This document shows positions 24,217-35,182 of a stretch of DNA of 35,182 nt, one piece after another. The translations under genes and the position numbers were made by a program. This stretch comes from Octopus bimaculoides (Eukaryota). Location of the stretch: the NCBI RefSeq assembly GCF_001194135.2, contig NC_068990.1:22002089-22037270 (forward strand). Reading direction: 5' to 3'. The notes beneath the pieces were generated by a model that saw only the letters and a list, made by a program, of their open reading frames with translations, ran no database searches and was not told the origin of the DNA. The first letter of the stretch is position 1. Every line of letters begins with the position of its first letter.

Positions 24217-24257
24217 CTGGTAACCTGAATGCAGCATGGCTGCATTCAGGTTACCAG
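24217..24257. other. Perfect inverted repeat: 19-bp stem, 3-nt loop
   Basis: ctggtaacctgaatgcagc-atg-gctgcattcaggttaccag; arms are exact reverse complements. Confidence 0.95.
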
Positions 24258-24309
24258 CATAAGAAGGTAATATTTTAGAAGGAAACGGTGCAGATGTGAC
24301 CTTTAATGT

Positions 24310-24319
24310 TGCTGCCGCC

Positions 24320-24350
<31 letters not shown>

Positions 24351-24366
24351 CTACTACTACTGCTAG

Positions 24367-24420
<54 letters not shown>

Positions 24421-24520
24421 CGATGATGATGATGATGATGATGATGATGACGATGATGATGATGATGATGATAATGATGACGATGACTGTGATGAAGACG
24501 ACGACCATGATGATGCTGAT
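24310..24520. repeat. Compound trinucleotide array (GCT)n-(ACT)n-(GAT/GAC)n
   Basis: Directly visible; source of the poly-A/D/M/I ORF artefacts. Confidence 0.95.
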
Positions 24521-24529
24521 GATCGTTAT

Positions 24530-24935
24530 CTTTTACCTGTTACATGTTTCAGTCATTATGCTTCGACCACGCTGGAGCACCGGCTTCAAGATTTTAGTCG
24601 AACTCACTCTATCGATACCTTTTGCCGAATGGCCACTTTACGTCGTGCGTAAGCACACAAACACCGGGGTTGGTGGACAAATACAGACACAAAGGGACAC
24701 ACACACACACGTGTACATACACGCACAAATACACTCATACACACACACACATATATTTTTGTAAGCTTAAAGCTTATAGTGATCACCCTGCAAATGACTA
24801 AGTAAAATAATCTAATAATGAGGCACCTACGCATTTGGTCGTCTCGGGGCTATAGTAGAAAACACGTACTCAAGATTTCACGCTGTAGGACAGAAGCCGG
24901 AACCATGTGATTGGGAAGAAAATCTTCTTACCACA
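24530..24935 (-). mobile_element. Diverged CORE-like SINE (family of 8205-8580)
   Basis: 3' end gtttcagtcatt..gctggagcacc..ttagtcgaac; expanded CA linker; head ggctatagtagaaaacac..ggaaccatgtgattggga..cttaccaca. Confidence 0.75.
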
Positions 24936-26093
24936 GAGGTACCCGTGTTCCTATGATGATCTTGTTAGTTGTTTTGTTTGCTTTAATTTATCACTATTTG
25001 TTGCGTGATAGAAGCGTTCAATGACGCATAACCAACCGTCTAATGGATCTGCCAACTTTCTGCTACGGTCGTAGAACGCAAATCTCTCCAAATAATTCAT
25101 TGTAATGTTAGAAGAAATCCAACTTAATTGCAACTAACAATATCAACCACTACAGCATCTATAATAACAACAGGTAATATCAACAGTCGACACCGTCAAC
25201 AGTGATATCATTAACAACAATAACAACATAAAAATAAATACGGTATGAAATAGGAAGCATCTATTTGGTAGCTCTTTTAAAAATGTATCTAGTTATGGAA
25301 ACAAAAAGATGATCATATTTGTCTGAATATCTTTTATCATTGCACTACTCTATCAGGACCTGCTTGTGGCGAAGCAACATTTAATATCAACAACAAATCA
25401 ACTGTGAGAACTGCAGCACCAAATGTATTAGCATTAAAACGACAAAGAGAATTAAAAAAATAAATTTTGAAACACATCAGAGAAATTGACTTGGCATGAA
25501 GTAAGAATCAAATATTACAAAGCGGTTCTTTAATGAGTTATTAATGAACATCTCTTTCTGTTTAATTAAATAAGCTTTGAATATCAGTTCAGAGAATGAT
25601 TCCTGATGCTTTCAAAGAACCATTAACTAACAGCATGTTTAATAAATGTAGAAGAATCACTCATTTAATGCAGATGTGATTTCGGTGAAAACTTACAAGT
25701 TTACGACTCAATTTCTTTCTTCTTTACTTTGTTTGTTCCATAGAATACAAACACACATATCTTCATACATACGTGTGTTTATGTGCGTACAGGGAGAGAG
25801 AAAGCGAGAGAGAAGAAGAAGAAAGAAGGAGGTAGAAATAAATTAAAACAAAGGCACGAATATTTAATATTTGAAAATGAAGTAAAATATTTTTACAGTT
25901 ACAATATAGAGTTGGTCAATTCATTGTATCTACAATTGAGAGAATTCAGAAGTTCAGTGCAAAATATTTTGTTTTGGAAACGGTTCCGTACTCTACACGC
26001 ACACACACATACGCACACATATATACGCCTGTGTGTATAGAACAATATGCAGATATACAGAAGGAAACGTAACTATACGCACGCACACGCGCG

Positions 26094-26153
<60 letters not shown>

Positions 26154-26161
26154 TACACGTA

Positions 26162-26790
26162 CAGGTTGCGGTGAATATATTGTCGTCTAAATTACGCAAC
26201 AATGAAAATAACACTGAGATCTCATTTTAACAGATATATTTAGTAAAATTACATAAAAGTATCTTGAAATACTAAAGAGTAAATTGATTTAATACAATCA
26301 CCATTGGCTTCACCAGGGCCTCCGAACGACTTCGGAATCTCTTGCAACTCTTCTGGATGGTCTCCTTTTTTAAATTGGTGAACGCTGCCATAATACTTGC
26401 CTTCAGTTCATCTTTGATGTTACAAGTAGCTTTGTTGGTCTCTCGCCCCACACATTAGCATCAAGGGGGATTACAATCTGGGGAGTTAGGTGGCCAGATG
26501 TTAGGGGTGATGTGGTCGCGGAAATTGACTGGCAACTATGACTTGGTGTTCCTGCTTGTAGCATGGTGCAGATTCCTGGTGCCAGACATCGGGTCTTCCA
26601 GTAGCCACCTCTTGACCCAGGGCAGCAATACCGCTTCCAGGTACTTGATGTAGGCCTCTGTGTTGAGTCTGAGGCCGTGTGGGAAGATGAATGGGGACAT
26701 AACGTCGCCATCACTAGTGATCACTCCAACACCATGATGTTGACTGGATGTTTGAATTTCATCACTCTCGGCACATGCTTTGGGGAAACG
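26162..26790 (-). mobile_element. DD37D/maT-like (Tc1/mariner superfamily) transposon, 3' half with terminal repeat
   Basis: GVITSDGDVMSPFIFPHGLRLNTEAYIKYLEAVLLPWVK, then frameshifted WPPNSPDCNPLDANVWG and FRSRSEALVKANG; TA|CAGGTTGCGG terminus at 26160-26171. Confidence 0.8.
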
Positions 26791-27064
26791 GTTGTTCTGT
26801 GTTTTTTTTCCCATCTGGTTGTATTCTGTGTGTTCATCATCTGTTCGTATACCTCAGCATCTTATAATGAAATGATACATTTTATGCAAACATGAAATAT
26901 ATCATCCGAAAAAATACAGAAAAGTGACCTTATCAAAACTCATAACATCTTTAGTGTAGTGTCACTTGTAAGTTGTAATGAGGATATAGTAGTTTGGCAG
27001 AAAGGAGTGCTGAAAAATATTGACACGATTACGAGAAAAGACTTAATGAACAGGTTATAATACA

Positions 27065-27289
27065 CACAGAGTAATATAGAATGATTATACATAGCCGGAA
27101 ATGAAGGAGACTGAGGATATTTTGAAGAAATTTGTCCAGTAAACATTTGAATTTTATGGGATCCTTTTCCGTTTTGACGTAATTTGACATGGTATTAATG
27201 AGAACTGAACCGGTTGAGGTAAAGTAATTGTGACATAATGTTGCTATGTGTACCGAGTTCGATTTTTGTAGTGGACTACAAAATCCTAG
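27065..27289 (-). mobile_element. CR1/L2-type LINE 3'-terminal ORF2 segment (antisense to the adjacent RT segment)
   Basis: LGFCSPLQKSNSVHIATLCHNYFTSTGSVL..VKTEKDPIKFKCLLDKFLQ aligns with 1600-1800; distal boundary approximate. Confidence 0.8.
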
Positions 27290-28106
27290 AAACTGTCGAA
27301 CATTAGTGTCCGCGGAAAGCTGCAGCAATGGATAAATTGTTTCCTCATGAGGGAACACGATCGAGTTCAACGAAAGTCAGTAGTGGTGTCCCACGTGGTA
27401 CTGTGTTGTGTCCATTCCTTTTCATTATTTACATCAATTGCATGGTAGGTATCACCAAACATTCTATATTGAAAATCATTGCAGATGATTCCACACTCCA
27501 GAAAGCCATAAATGGCATGAGAGACGAAACATGCCTTCAGTCAGATCTGTTTGCTATTGTCGAATGGGCGGAAAAAGCAATATGCTTTTAAATGAAGATA
27601 AGTTTGATTTGATCCACTTTGGGAAGGCGGAAACTCTGATATTACCATATGCTCTTCCCTCGGGTGACCCCCTACTGTCATCTAACAATACCAGAGACCT
27701 TGGAGTGATTGTTGATAACAATCTAAGCTGGAATTCCCACGTAAACATCAAGGTTGACTTGGCCCGCAAGATTCGCTCCTGGAGTCTGAGAACTTTCCGG
27801 TCTAAAAATGCCTACACCATCATCCTTCTCTACTCTAAATTTGCCTGACCACACCTTGAGTACTGTTGCCCGCTGTGGTCCGCCCCCCCCATACGAAACA
27901 ACTCATTATGAAAGTAGAAGCACTCCAGAGGTTCATAAGAGGAAAGATAGACTACATGGGAGGTATTGGTTATTCGGGTCGACTAAAAACTCTCAGTCCC
28001 TACTCTATCCAACGCCGCTGTGTGCGCTACATCATTTGTGTTTTGTGGAAAATATTCCATCAATAATGCACAAATGATGTTGGCGTCAATTTTAAAATCC
28101 ATCCAA
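27290..28106 (+). mobile_element. CR1/L2-type LINE reverse transcriptase C-terminal half (decayed)
   Basis: KLSNISVRGKLQQWINCFL, SGVPRGTVLCPFLFIIYIN, IADD (YADD-like), LQSDL, RDLGVIVDNNLSW, YSIQRR..RYII..WKI, FKIHP; several frameshifts. Confidence 0.92.
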
Positions 28107-28107
28107 T

Positions 28108-28396
28108 ACAAGAGCAGTCAGGAAGCGCAAACCATCGCCCTCTCAACGATTAGCCAGAAATGATTTCTAAAATGAGAATAACTGAAATAAACTCGACTCC
28201 CACAAACGAGGATGCTACAATTGAACCCGACCGCTTTAAAAATTTAAGTAAAAAAACAGGAAAGATTAACCACAATCCTTGTCTGATACCGGATCGATCA
28301 CAAAATCTAATCAGATCGTGCCAGTTATGAGCCCAAATATCTCTGAAAGTTTCATTTGAATCCATCCAACGGTTTTTGAGATATCTTGTCCACGGA
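28108..28396 (+). mobile_element. Non-autonomous Helentron-like (HINE-type) element, 3'-truncated
   Basis: Starts ACAAGAGC and carries aaagtttcatttgaatccatccaacggtttttgagatatcttgtccac, a motif I recall from invertebrate Helentron-associated elements; not verified by search. Confidence 0.55.
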
Positions 28397-28464
28397 TAAA
28401 GACTTCTGTAATAGACTTGAGAGTAAATTGGGTTATAACTTAAATTCGAACCTGGTCCAACACC

Positions 28465-28672
28465 GGAGGTGCTGAAAATTCCTGGTTTGGGGTAAGAGTA
28501 AATAGAGGAAGGTCAGTTAATTATGATTTTATGCAACATATTCCCCTCTCAGATTCACATAATTATCGCAGCGGTCCTTCAGATTTTCTTAACCCTAGAA
28601 AAGTATTTGGAAAAATGAGCCGCCACCCAAGCCGTTAGCGATATCCTTAGAGCCAGGAACTTTTCAGCACCC
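28465..28672 (-). mobile_element. Mariner-derived MITE
   Basis: Imperfect TIRs ggtgctgaaaattcctggttt / agccaggaacttttcagcacc; interior minus strand reads KDRCDNYVNLRGEYV (mariner C-terminal RW.KCV...GEYVE remnant). Confidence 0.8.
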
Positions 28673-29027
28673 ATCAAATGTGTGTGTGTGTTTGTATGTG
28701 TGTGTGTGTGTGTGTGTGTGTTGGTCTGTGTGTGTGTGTGTGTGCGTGTGTGCCTGTGCACACGCGCGGGTGTATGTGAGTGCATGTATCTATGCCGTAG
28801 GTATCGGTTGTATTTCTATCAGAAATCGAACACTCTACGCATATGGAATAGTTTCTATTTCTTAGCTGAGAATCTACTTAAGTGGATCAATGGCCCATAA
28901 TTTCATATCAAAGCAACTATCAACCTGTGTTTTTTTATGATGTTTCACGAAACTTATGTCCATCATTCCGTAATCTTACACCTTACGAATGGTACACATG
29001 CATACATACATAGGAATATATGTGTAT

Positions 29028-29067
<40 letters not shown>

Positions 29068-29211
29068 ATGCCTGTATGTATATGTAGGAGTCGTAAGCTG
29101 TAAAAGTTTATGTGTATATATTTATATATATGTACACATATCTGTGGATTAGATTGAATATGTATATATTTCTATATATATGTGTGTGTGATTGTGTATG
29201 TATGCATATGA

Positions 29212-29260
<49 letters not shown>

Positions 29261-30242
29261 TATATATATATTTATGCACGCACACACAATTACATACATA
29301 TATTAGCTCATCTATGTACATGCATATGTGTGTGTATGCATGCATGCATGCACCTGTAACTGAATGTCTATGTGTGAATGGAATTATATTTTTAATTCAA
29401 AATTATACCGTTTTTGTCATTGAAAAATATAGGATATGAATTATCGATATTCATAAATTTGTGGAGTTAATAATAATTAACGTGTAAAACTTTTTTCTCA
29501 CATTAACACTTCCATCTATAATTGTAAACATCTTTATAGAAATTACTCCATTTATTAATGCCTATTTGGAAAAATCTTTTCATTTCTCTTATTGAAGATA
29601 TCTTGTTTTTCATTATAAAATTACATGAATGCAAATGACAAGAATACATACTGAAATTCAAACGAAGCGATTAAATATGATTGCATTATCATCCATTACA
29701 CTATCTGCTTCATGCAAACATATAGAATCAGACTGTTGCAATAGCTATATCATATTTCTTAAGCAGAATAATAACGTAAAGTAGTTTTGTTAGTCATGTA
29801 TCAAATAGTTATCATTATGGAAACGGTGTTCAATCTTAAAAGCGACATTGATATTTTGATATAACACAAGTTGATTAATTTATATGAGACTGGAGAGAGA
29901 TATTCAGCAATAGCAATAATGAAATTCAAATAAACTGTTATGAAGATGAAATATCTTGTAGCTGTCTTTTATCGTGCTTTTTATTTCTTTTCTTTCGTTT
30001 CTCTATAGTGTTGCATGAAAGAATCTTTCTAATTTCTTTCAGAAGAATCTTAACTGATTTTAAATTAAAATGTTTGTCATTTGTAAACAATTATTTTTAC
30101 CAGTATTTAAATGACAAATACATATATACACGCATGCATAAATACATTCGCACGTACGAATATGCAAACATGCAAACTCCTATATATATCTAAATATGTG
30201 CGCGCGCATGTCTGTATATATATGCATCGTATGTGTAAATGA

Positions 30243-30273
<31 letters not shown>

Positions 30274-30554
30274 CGTATATCTATATACACTCGCTATGAA
30301 TCATGCAATTTCAAAATGCGGAAAATGTAGCATATCTTTGTTGATAAAAGTAATGATCATTTCTTGTTTTCTTTTCTTTTCTTTTCTTTTTATCTTTTTC
30401 AGAAAAGAAAAAGGTTGAATAATTCCTAATGAAGTGAATATAAATCAACTGCATGGTATAAACAGATTTAACATTGTTGTGCTATTTCTTTACGACGTGC
30501 AGAGTCATCTAGCGGTATCTATATACAACGTCGCCTAGAGGTCTATTAACTCAC

Positions 30555-30625
30555 CACTCCCCACTGTTTCCGTCTATATTTCCCTTCTCAGTATCCAGTT
30601 GAGTATTTCTCCCGTATGTGAACAT
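30555..30625 (-). CDS. Candidate 71-nt exon (coding or UTR)
   Basis: Acceptor cctttttttag| and consensus donor |GTGAGT; only one open frame, MFTYGRNTQLDTEKGNIDGNSGE + 2 nt. Confidence 0.35.
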
Positions 30626-30984
30626 CTAAAAAAAGGACCAGGTTTACTGAAACAATGCGTAAATATGTAAACATGTGTATTTTTCTTCTAGTTTATGTTT
30701 TTGATAATGTTCCCTGCATTAAATATATAAACATTTACTTAACTATTAATATGTTTTTCATTCGGATGGCGTCTAATGGTAATTTATTATGTAAACAATG
30801 TGTAGATTTTGTAACCTCCTCGTTCTATTTATTTTACTTATTTAAGAATAAACTTAAAGAGTACTATTTCAATAAAGGGCCAACTACTGGATCATTAAAC
30901 CTACTAGAAATAGCAATCAGATATCGCATAAACCATATTTATGTATTTTTAAATAAACAAGATCATCCATTGAATAATTCTTAT

Positions 30985-31180
30985 TCCGGCTCGATTTTAA
31001 CGGGGGGTGGGGGAGGTCGATACTTACTAGAACGTACTTTATCAACCTCCTGCCTGGTACACACTTTATCAGCCTCTGAATGGGCTGAAAGGCAGAGTCG
31101 ACCTCACCAGCATTTGAACTCAGAACTTAATACCGGAACAATGCCATTAAGCATTTTATCCAACGAGGTATCGATAATGG
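30985..31180 (-). mobile_element. Highly diverged 21217-family SINE
   Basis: gtcgattac..tttatcagcctctgaatgggctgaaaggcagagtcgacctc..atttgaactcagaac..aagcattttatccaacg. Confidence 0.7.
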
Positions 31181-32789
31181 CGGTTTGTAATAATATAGTT
31201 CCAAATATCTCTATGTAGACGATACGGTCATGGCTGAGTGTCTTTGATCACACGTCAAGAATCATGTATCCCAATCTCCTCTACACATAAAATTTATTAA
31301 AACTTCATACTATTCCCTTTCTTTATAGTTAATATATTGGCCCCCTATATCTATATATCAACCTCTATATCCATTCATTTACGCCTATGTTATTTACAGA
31401 GCATTTTGGAATTAAGTCCCTATCCATCCGCAGGAACCAACTTATGATTCCATCTGGTTGGCAAGCCCAAAGTATTTCGGGTCTCCTGTTCCATGTCGTT
31501 CCTAGGTTTGTCGGAAATAAACGCCAAACCTTCCTTAAATCATACCCAGTCTCTTTGACAAAGGAAAGAGTTATTAAGGAATTTAGTTCTAGTCTGAAAA
31601 AGCAAAGCCATTACTGCTGGTAACATTTGGCCATAACACAGTTCCCTGAGGGATGAGTTGGAGCTAAACAACAACAACAACAGTTCCAAGGAGTTGTATG
31701 TCAATAATGTTTAAGAAAGTCAAGAATTGCTCAAATACAATTCGAATTAATAATGTTGAAGTATATATATAACAAGTGTACAACAAAAATGCCTTAAGTC
31801 ATTAACTACTAAAGTTACCATATTTTAGTGGTTCAAATCTGCCCTTTTGCTTTATTCTTTTACGAATTGAAACTCTTATTCCATTCCAGCTATCATCTGT
31901 TTGATGTCATAAACTAACTTTGCCGAACAATAGTTATTTAGCTTTCATTTCCAATAAATATTGATTCTAAGACTACATTTTTTAATAGCAACATTTCCTC
32001 AGATAGTTTCATTTTTTATTGAGTCTATAAGACATAAAAAAATATATATATGCTTGACCTTGAATCAATCCACTTAGTTGTTGTTTTAAAAAATACACAA
32101 ATTTCTGACTCCGACAATACCTTCTATAACAAACTTGAAACTACTTTAGCCAACTACTAATTAATTTACCTCCACTTCCAAAATATATCGGCTTTCGTTT
32201 CAGCTCAACTTATGTTTTAATAAAGTATTTCAATAATGACTTTCAATACATTTAAACTTTATTTTAAGAGATGTTTATAAGAAGTCATAAAATAATATTT
32301 TTTATATCTCCTTCCTTTTTTTTTTCTTCTAAATTTAACTCTTGCAATCTTGTCTCCAAAAATAAACTTAGATTAAATGTTTATTATAAACCTTAATCCC
32401 GTACGTTTCTCTGACCTTTCCAACGTTTACCTTATCATACTTTGCATTTCAACTTACGTAGACTTGAGTCATAAAACCACGTTTTCATCATTAATACAGT
32501 CTTTCTCGTGAGCATGAGAGGTGATAAAGTTCTTGGCAGGGCTTGTAATCAAAATATATTGACAATGAACAGTTCACATATTGTTTGAATTTATTTTCCT
32601 TTCAATTATGCACATTCTAACGTACATAATTTCTTGTGTACCCTGGAAACTTACCGTCTGTTGTTCAGTGAAGCCACCAAGATATTGCAGAAGATAATAG
32701 TTTTGAAGAAACTTATTCAATTCCCTTGATTGATTCTAATGCCTTGATTGATTCTAATTAAATATTCAGCTCATTGCTATTAGAAAGAA

Positions 32790-33070
32790 GGACAGCTAAA
32801 CACACACGCAAACACACCTACTTACACACACACTCACATACATATATACATACATACATACATACATACATGCATACATACATACATGCATATATGCCTA
32901 CATACATACATGCATACACACATAAACACACAACTATATATAAATGCATAAATATATATACATATTAATATATACATATGCATATATATACATATATATA
33001 TACGCATATACACACAGACACAAACAAGCATACACACACACGTATATGCACACACATACATATATACGTA
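32790..33070. repeat. Compound (CA)/(CATA)/(TA) microsatellite field
   Basis: Directly visible. Confidence 0.9.
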
Positions 33071-34159
33071 TGCAACTTAAAGTTAAGGAAAAAAGTTAAT
33101 TCGATGAATAACAGAACGGTTTTATTTACACATTTCTTGGAGACATTTGTAAATTTCTATTTATAAAATTTACAATTCTAGAATGTACTAAACAATCTGT
33201 TGTCTTCTCTGAATAATGTCCATAATATTATATTAATGAAGGAAAGCAAAGAAAAAAAAGGAATTTCCTTTCATTTCCATAAAGAAAAAAAAATCTATTA
33301 ATTCTTGATTACTCATTCTTTATTGAGATTAATAATGATATTGTACGGGTTCTTTAGAATAATATTTATAAAAAAAAGATAACACTGTAAACCTGAAATA
33401 GTATCAGCGTTCGGAAGCGAACAATAGTTTTAATATTTGACTTGGTTTGACCTTTTAAATATTATAATGTTATTTCAAAACGGGGCATAAAAACTAGTCA
33501 TAGTGCAATGTCATGTTTTTCAACAAGCGACATAATATGGATTCTCTTTGGATCAGCTAATATTTGTTTTAGTCTCGGATCCATTTGTTTCTGTTCTGCT
33601 TCCCATTTAACTCATTATCATCGTCGGTTTTTAATATATCTGAACTCCGTTCACGCCTGTTAGATAGAATATTTCTTTTCCAATTATACAGTGAGCAAAG
33701 ATTAGAGTAAAACAAATACATTGTGTGGAATAGAAGCGATTACTAAATCAATGTAAATATTGCATCGTTTCGTAATTGATTAATTAATTAATTAATTACT
33801 TTTTCATTTAATTAAATTGATCACTTAATTATATCTGAGTAGAATATACCGTAGCCTCAATAAGTAAAGGATATTAGCTTCTATATAAAAATAAACTTAC
33901 TTTTGCAGTAAAGGATTATGTGATAATCTAACTGATTAACAGAGAAGAGATCTCTCCGATGTTTCAAAGATATGAAGTAGCAACGAAGCTGTAATCTCCT
34001 TTCTAAATAAACCAAAGTATATCGTATAATCTCTTAGATATAATTCAGTTAAAATATTACACCAACACGATTTATATATCTTTAATTAATAAAATGTCAT
34101 TTATAGTATATTTGTAAATATACAAAGTAATTTGTGGTATTATCATAGGTAAACAGTGA

Positions 34160-34460
34160 AGGTGCGTGGCTCAGTTGTTTGGCTTTTCGGCTCACGATCG
34201 TGAGTTTAATACCCGGTGGCGTGTTGTGTTTTTGAGTAAGACACTTTATTTCTTGTTACTCCAGTTCATTTAGCTAGCAAAAATGAGTGTCTGTATTTCA
34301 AAAGGTCAGCCATGTCAAATTCTGTATCATGCTGTATCTCCCTGAGAACTACGTTAAGTCTACAGGTGTCTGTGGAGTGCTCAGCCACTTGCACGTTAAT
34401 TTGACGAGCAGCCACTTCCAGTGATCTGATCAACTGGAACCCTTATCGTCCTAACCGACT
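34160..34460 (+). mobile_element. tRNA-headed CORE-like SINE with the shared 3' tail
   Basis: ggtgcgtggctcagttg head, gtgttgtgtttttgagtaagacactttatt CORE-like box, tail ctccctgagaactacgttaag..gtgtctgtggagtgctcagccacttgcacgttaattt..ggaaccct. Confidence 0.85.
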
Positions 34461-34814
34461 TGCGGCATTTTGTTCAAGTCCTGTATGCTGTGATTTCAAA
34501 TCTCTTCTTAGTATACAAAAATCTCTTAGGGTATACAAAAATGTTTGGATGACAAATCACCAAAGTGGGGCGACAAAATTGTAAGTTATAGTATATAGGC
34601 AAAAGTACTTTCGAACAGAAAGGTTTAAAACAGGAAGATACAGATACGAGCATGCGTGAGAGGGAAGGAGTGGGAGAGAGAGAGGGGGAGGGAAAGAAAG
34701 AGGTAAACCCGAGAGAAAAATGATTTCCTTCTAGAATTTTTGATATGCGGGTTAGCAACTATAGAAAGATTGGGTTAGAAAGGATAACAAATATATTGAT
34801 TAGTATGTACCAGT

Positions 34815-35031
34815 ATAATATTGGTTTCAAATTTTAGCACAATGCCGGGAATTTCTGGAGAAGGAATAAGTCAACTATATTGACTCCCGTGCTCAAATGG
34901 TACATATTGTAGCGACATCGAAAGGATAAAAGGCATAGTCAACGTCGGTGGAATTTGACTTAGAACGTGCAGACGGACGAAATGCCGCTAAGCATTTTGC
35001 CCAACGAGCTAACGATTCTGCCAGCTCACCG
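34815..35031 (-). mobile_element. tRNA-headed SINE (21217-family head, alternative tail)
   Basis: gaaaggataaaaggcatagtcaacgtcggtggaatttgacttagaacgt..ccgctaagcattttgccc..gctaacgattctgccagctcacc; tail matches the 11620 copy. Confidence 0.85.
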
Positions 35032-35182
35032 TGTTGTGTATCAGTAAATTATTAGTCATAGTTTGAAAAAGTATATTACGACTAAAACATTACGCTATTC
35101 ACTGCTACATAGAAGGTATTGTATACAGATCTATATCTACATACATGTATTCATGTATGCATGTGTATATATATATATATAT

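Noticed and set aside
24127-24351. Poly-Ala-led minus-strand ORF spanning the hairpin
   Set aside because: Starts at GTG inside the trinucleotide array; no acceptor or homology; palindromic middle explains part of the open frame
30655-31218. Longest gap-free ORF (187 aa, + strand)
   Set aside because: AT-rich, N/I/Y/F/L-biased low-information sequence whose second half is the antisense of a decayed SINE; no domain recognised
32724-32758. 17-bp direct repeat ccttgattgattctaat with 1-nt spacer
   Set aside because: Ordinary slippage duplication; only two units, no associated structure
2092-33166. Numerous ORFs rich in YI, HT, CV, MYVC, poly-D/S/L/A
   Set aside because: Translations of di-, tri- and tetranucleotide microsatellites that lack stop codons
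1-35182. CRISPR array, operon or other prokaryote-type novel system
   Set aside because: No regularly spaced repeat-spacer array and no intact long ORFs; sequence is eukaryotic, repeat-rich, mostly intronic or intergenic DNA

Overview
AT-rich, microsatellite-dense eukaryotic genomic DNA from a gapped short-read assembly (nine N-gaps, most flanked by simple repeats). The SINE, LINE and DNA-transposon repertoire looks like an octopus (coleoid cephalopod) genome; this is an inference from repeat families recalled from memory, not a database result. No complete protein-coding gene, RNA gene, CRISPR array or prokaryotic system is visible. Nearly all ORF-track entries are microsatellite, gap or repeat artefacts. 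Well-supported content is decayed mobile DNA: tRNA-headed SINEs of about three families, CR1/L2-type and RTE-type LINE fragments, mariner, Tc1 and DD37D/maT transposase fossils, a mariner MITE and a Helentron-like element. The best leads are: (1) a CR1-type LINE with an exact 5'-inversion (twin-priming-like) architecture; (2) a speculative minus-strand host gene in which five short ATG-initiated, phase-1 exons could each splice to one shared 118-nt exon; (3) inverted SINE pairs bracketing two of those candidate exons (possible dsRNA/ADAR substrates); (4) a perfect 19-bp hairpin. Gene-structure calls are by-eye splice-signal inferences and need RNA-seq.
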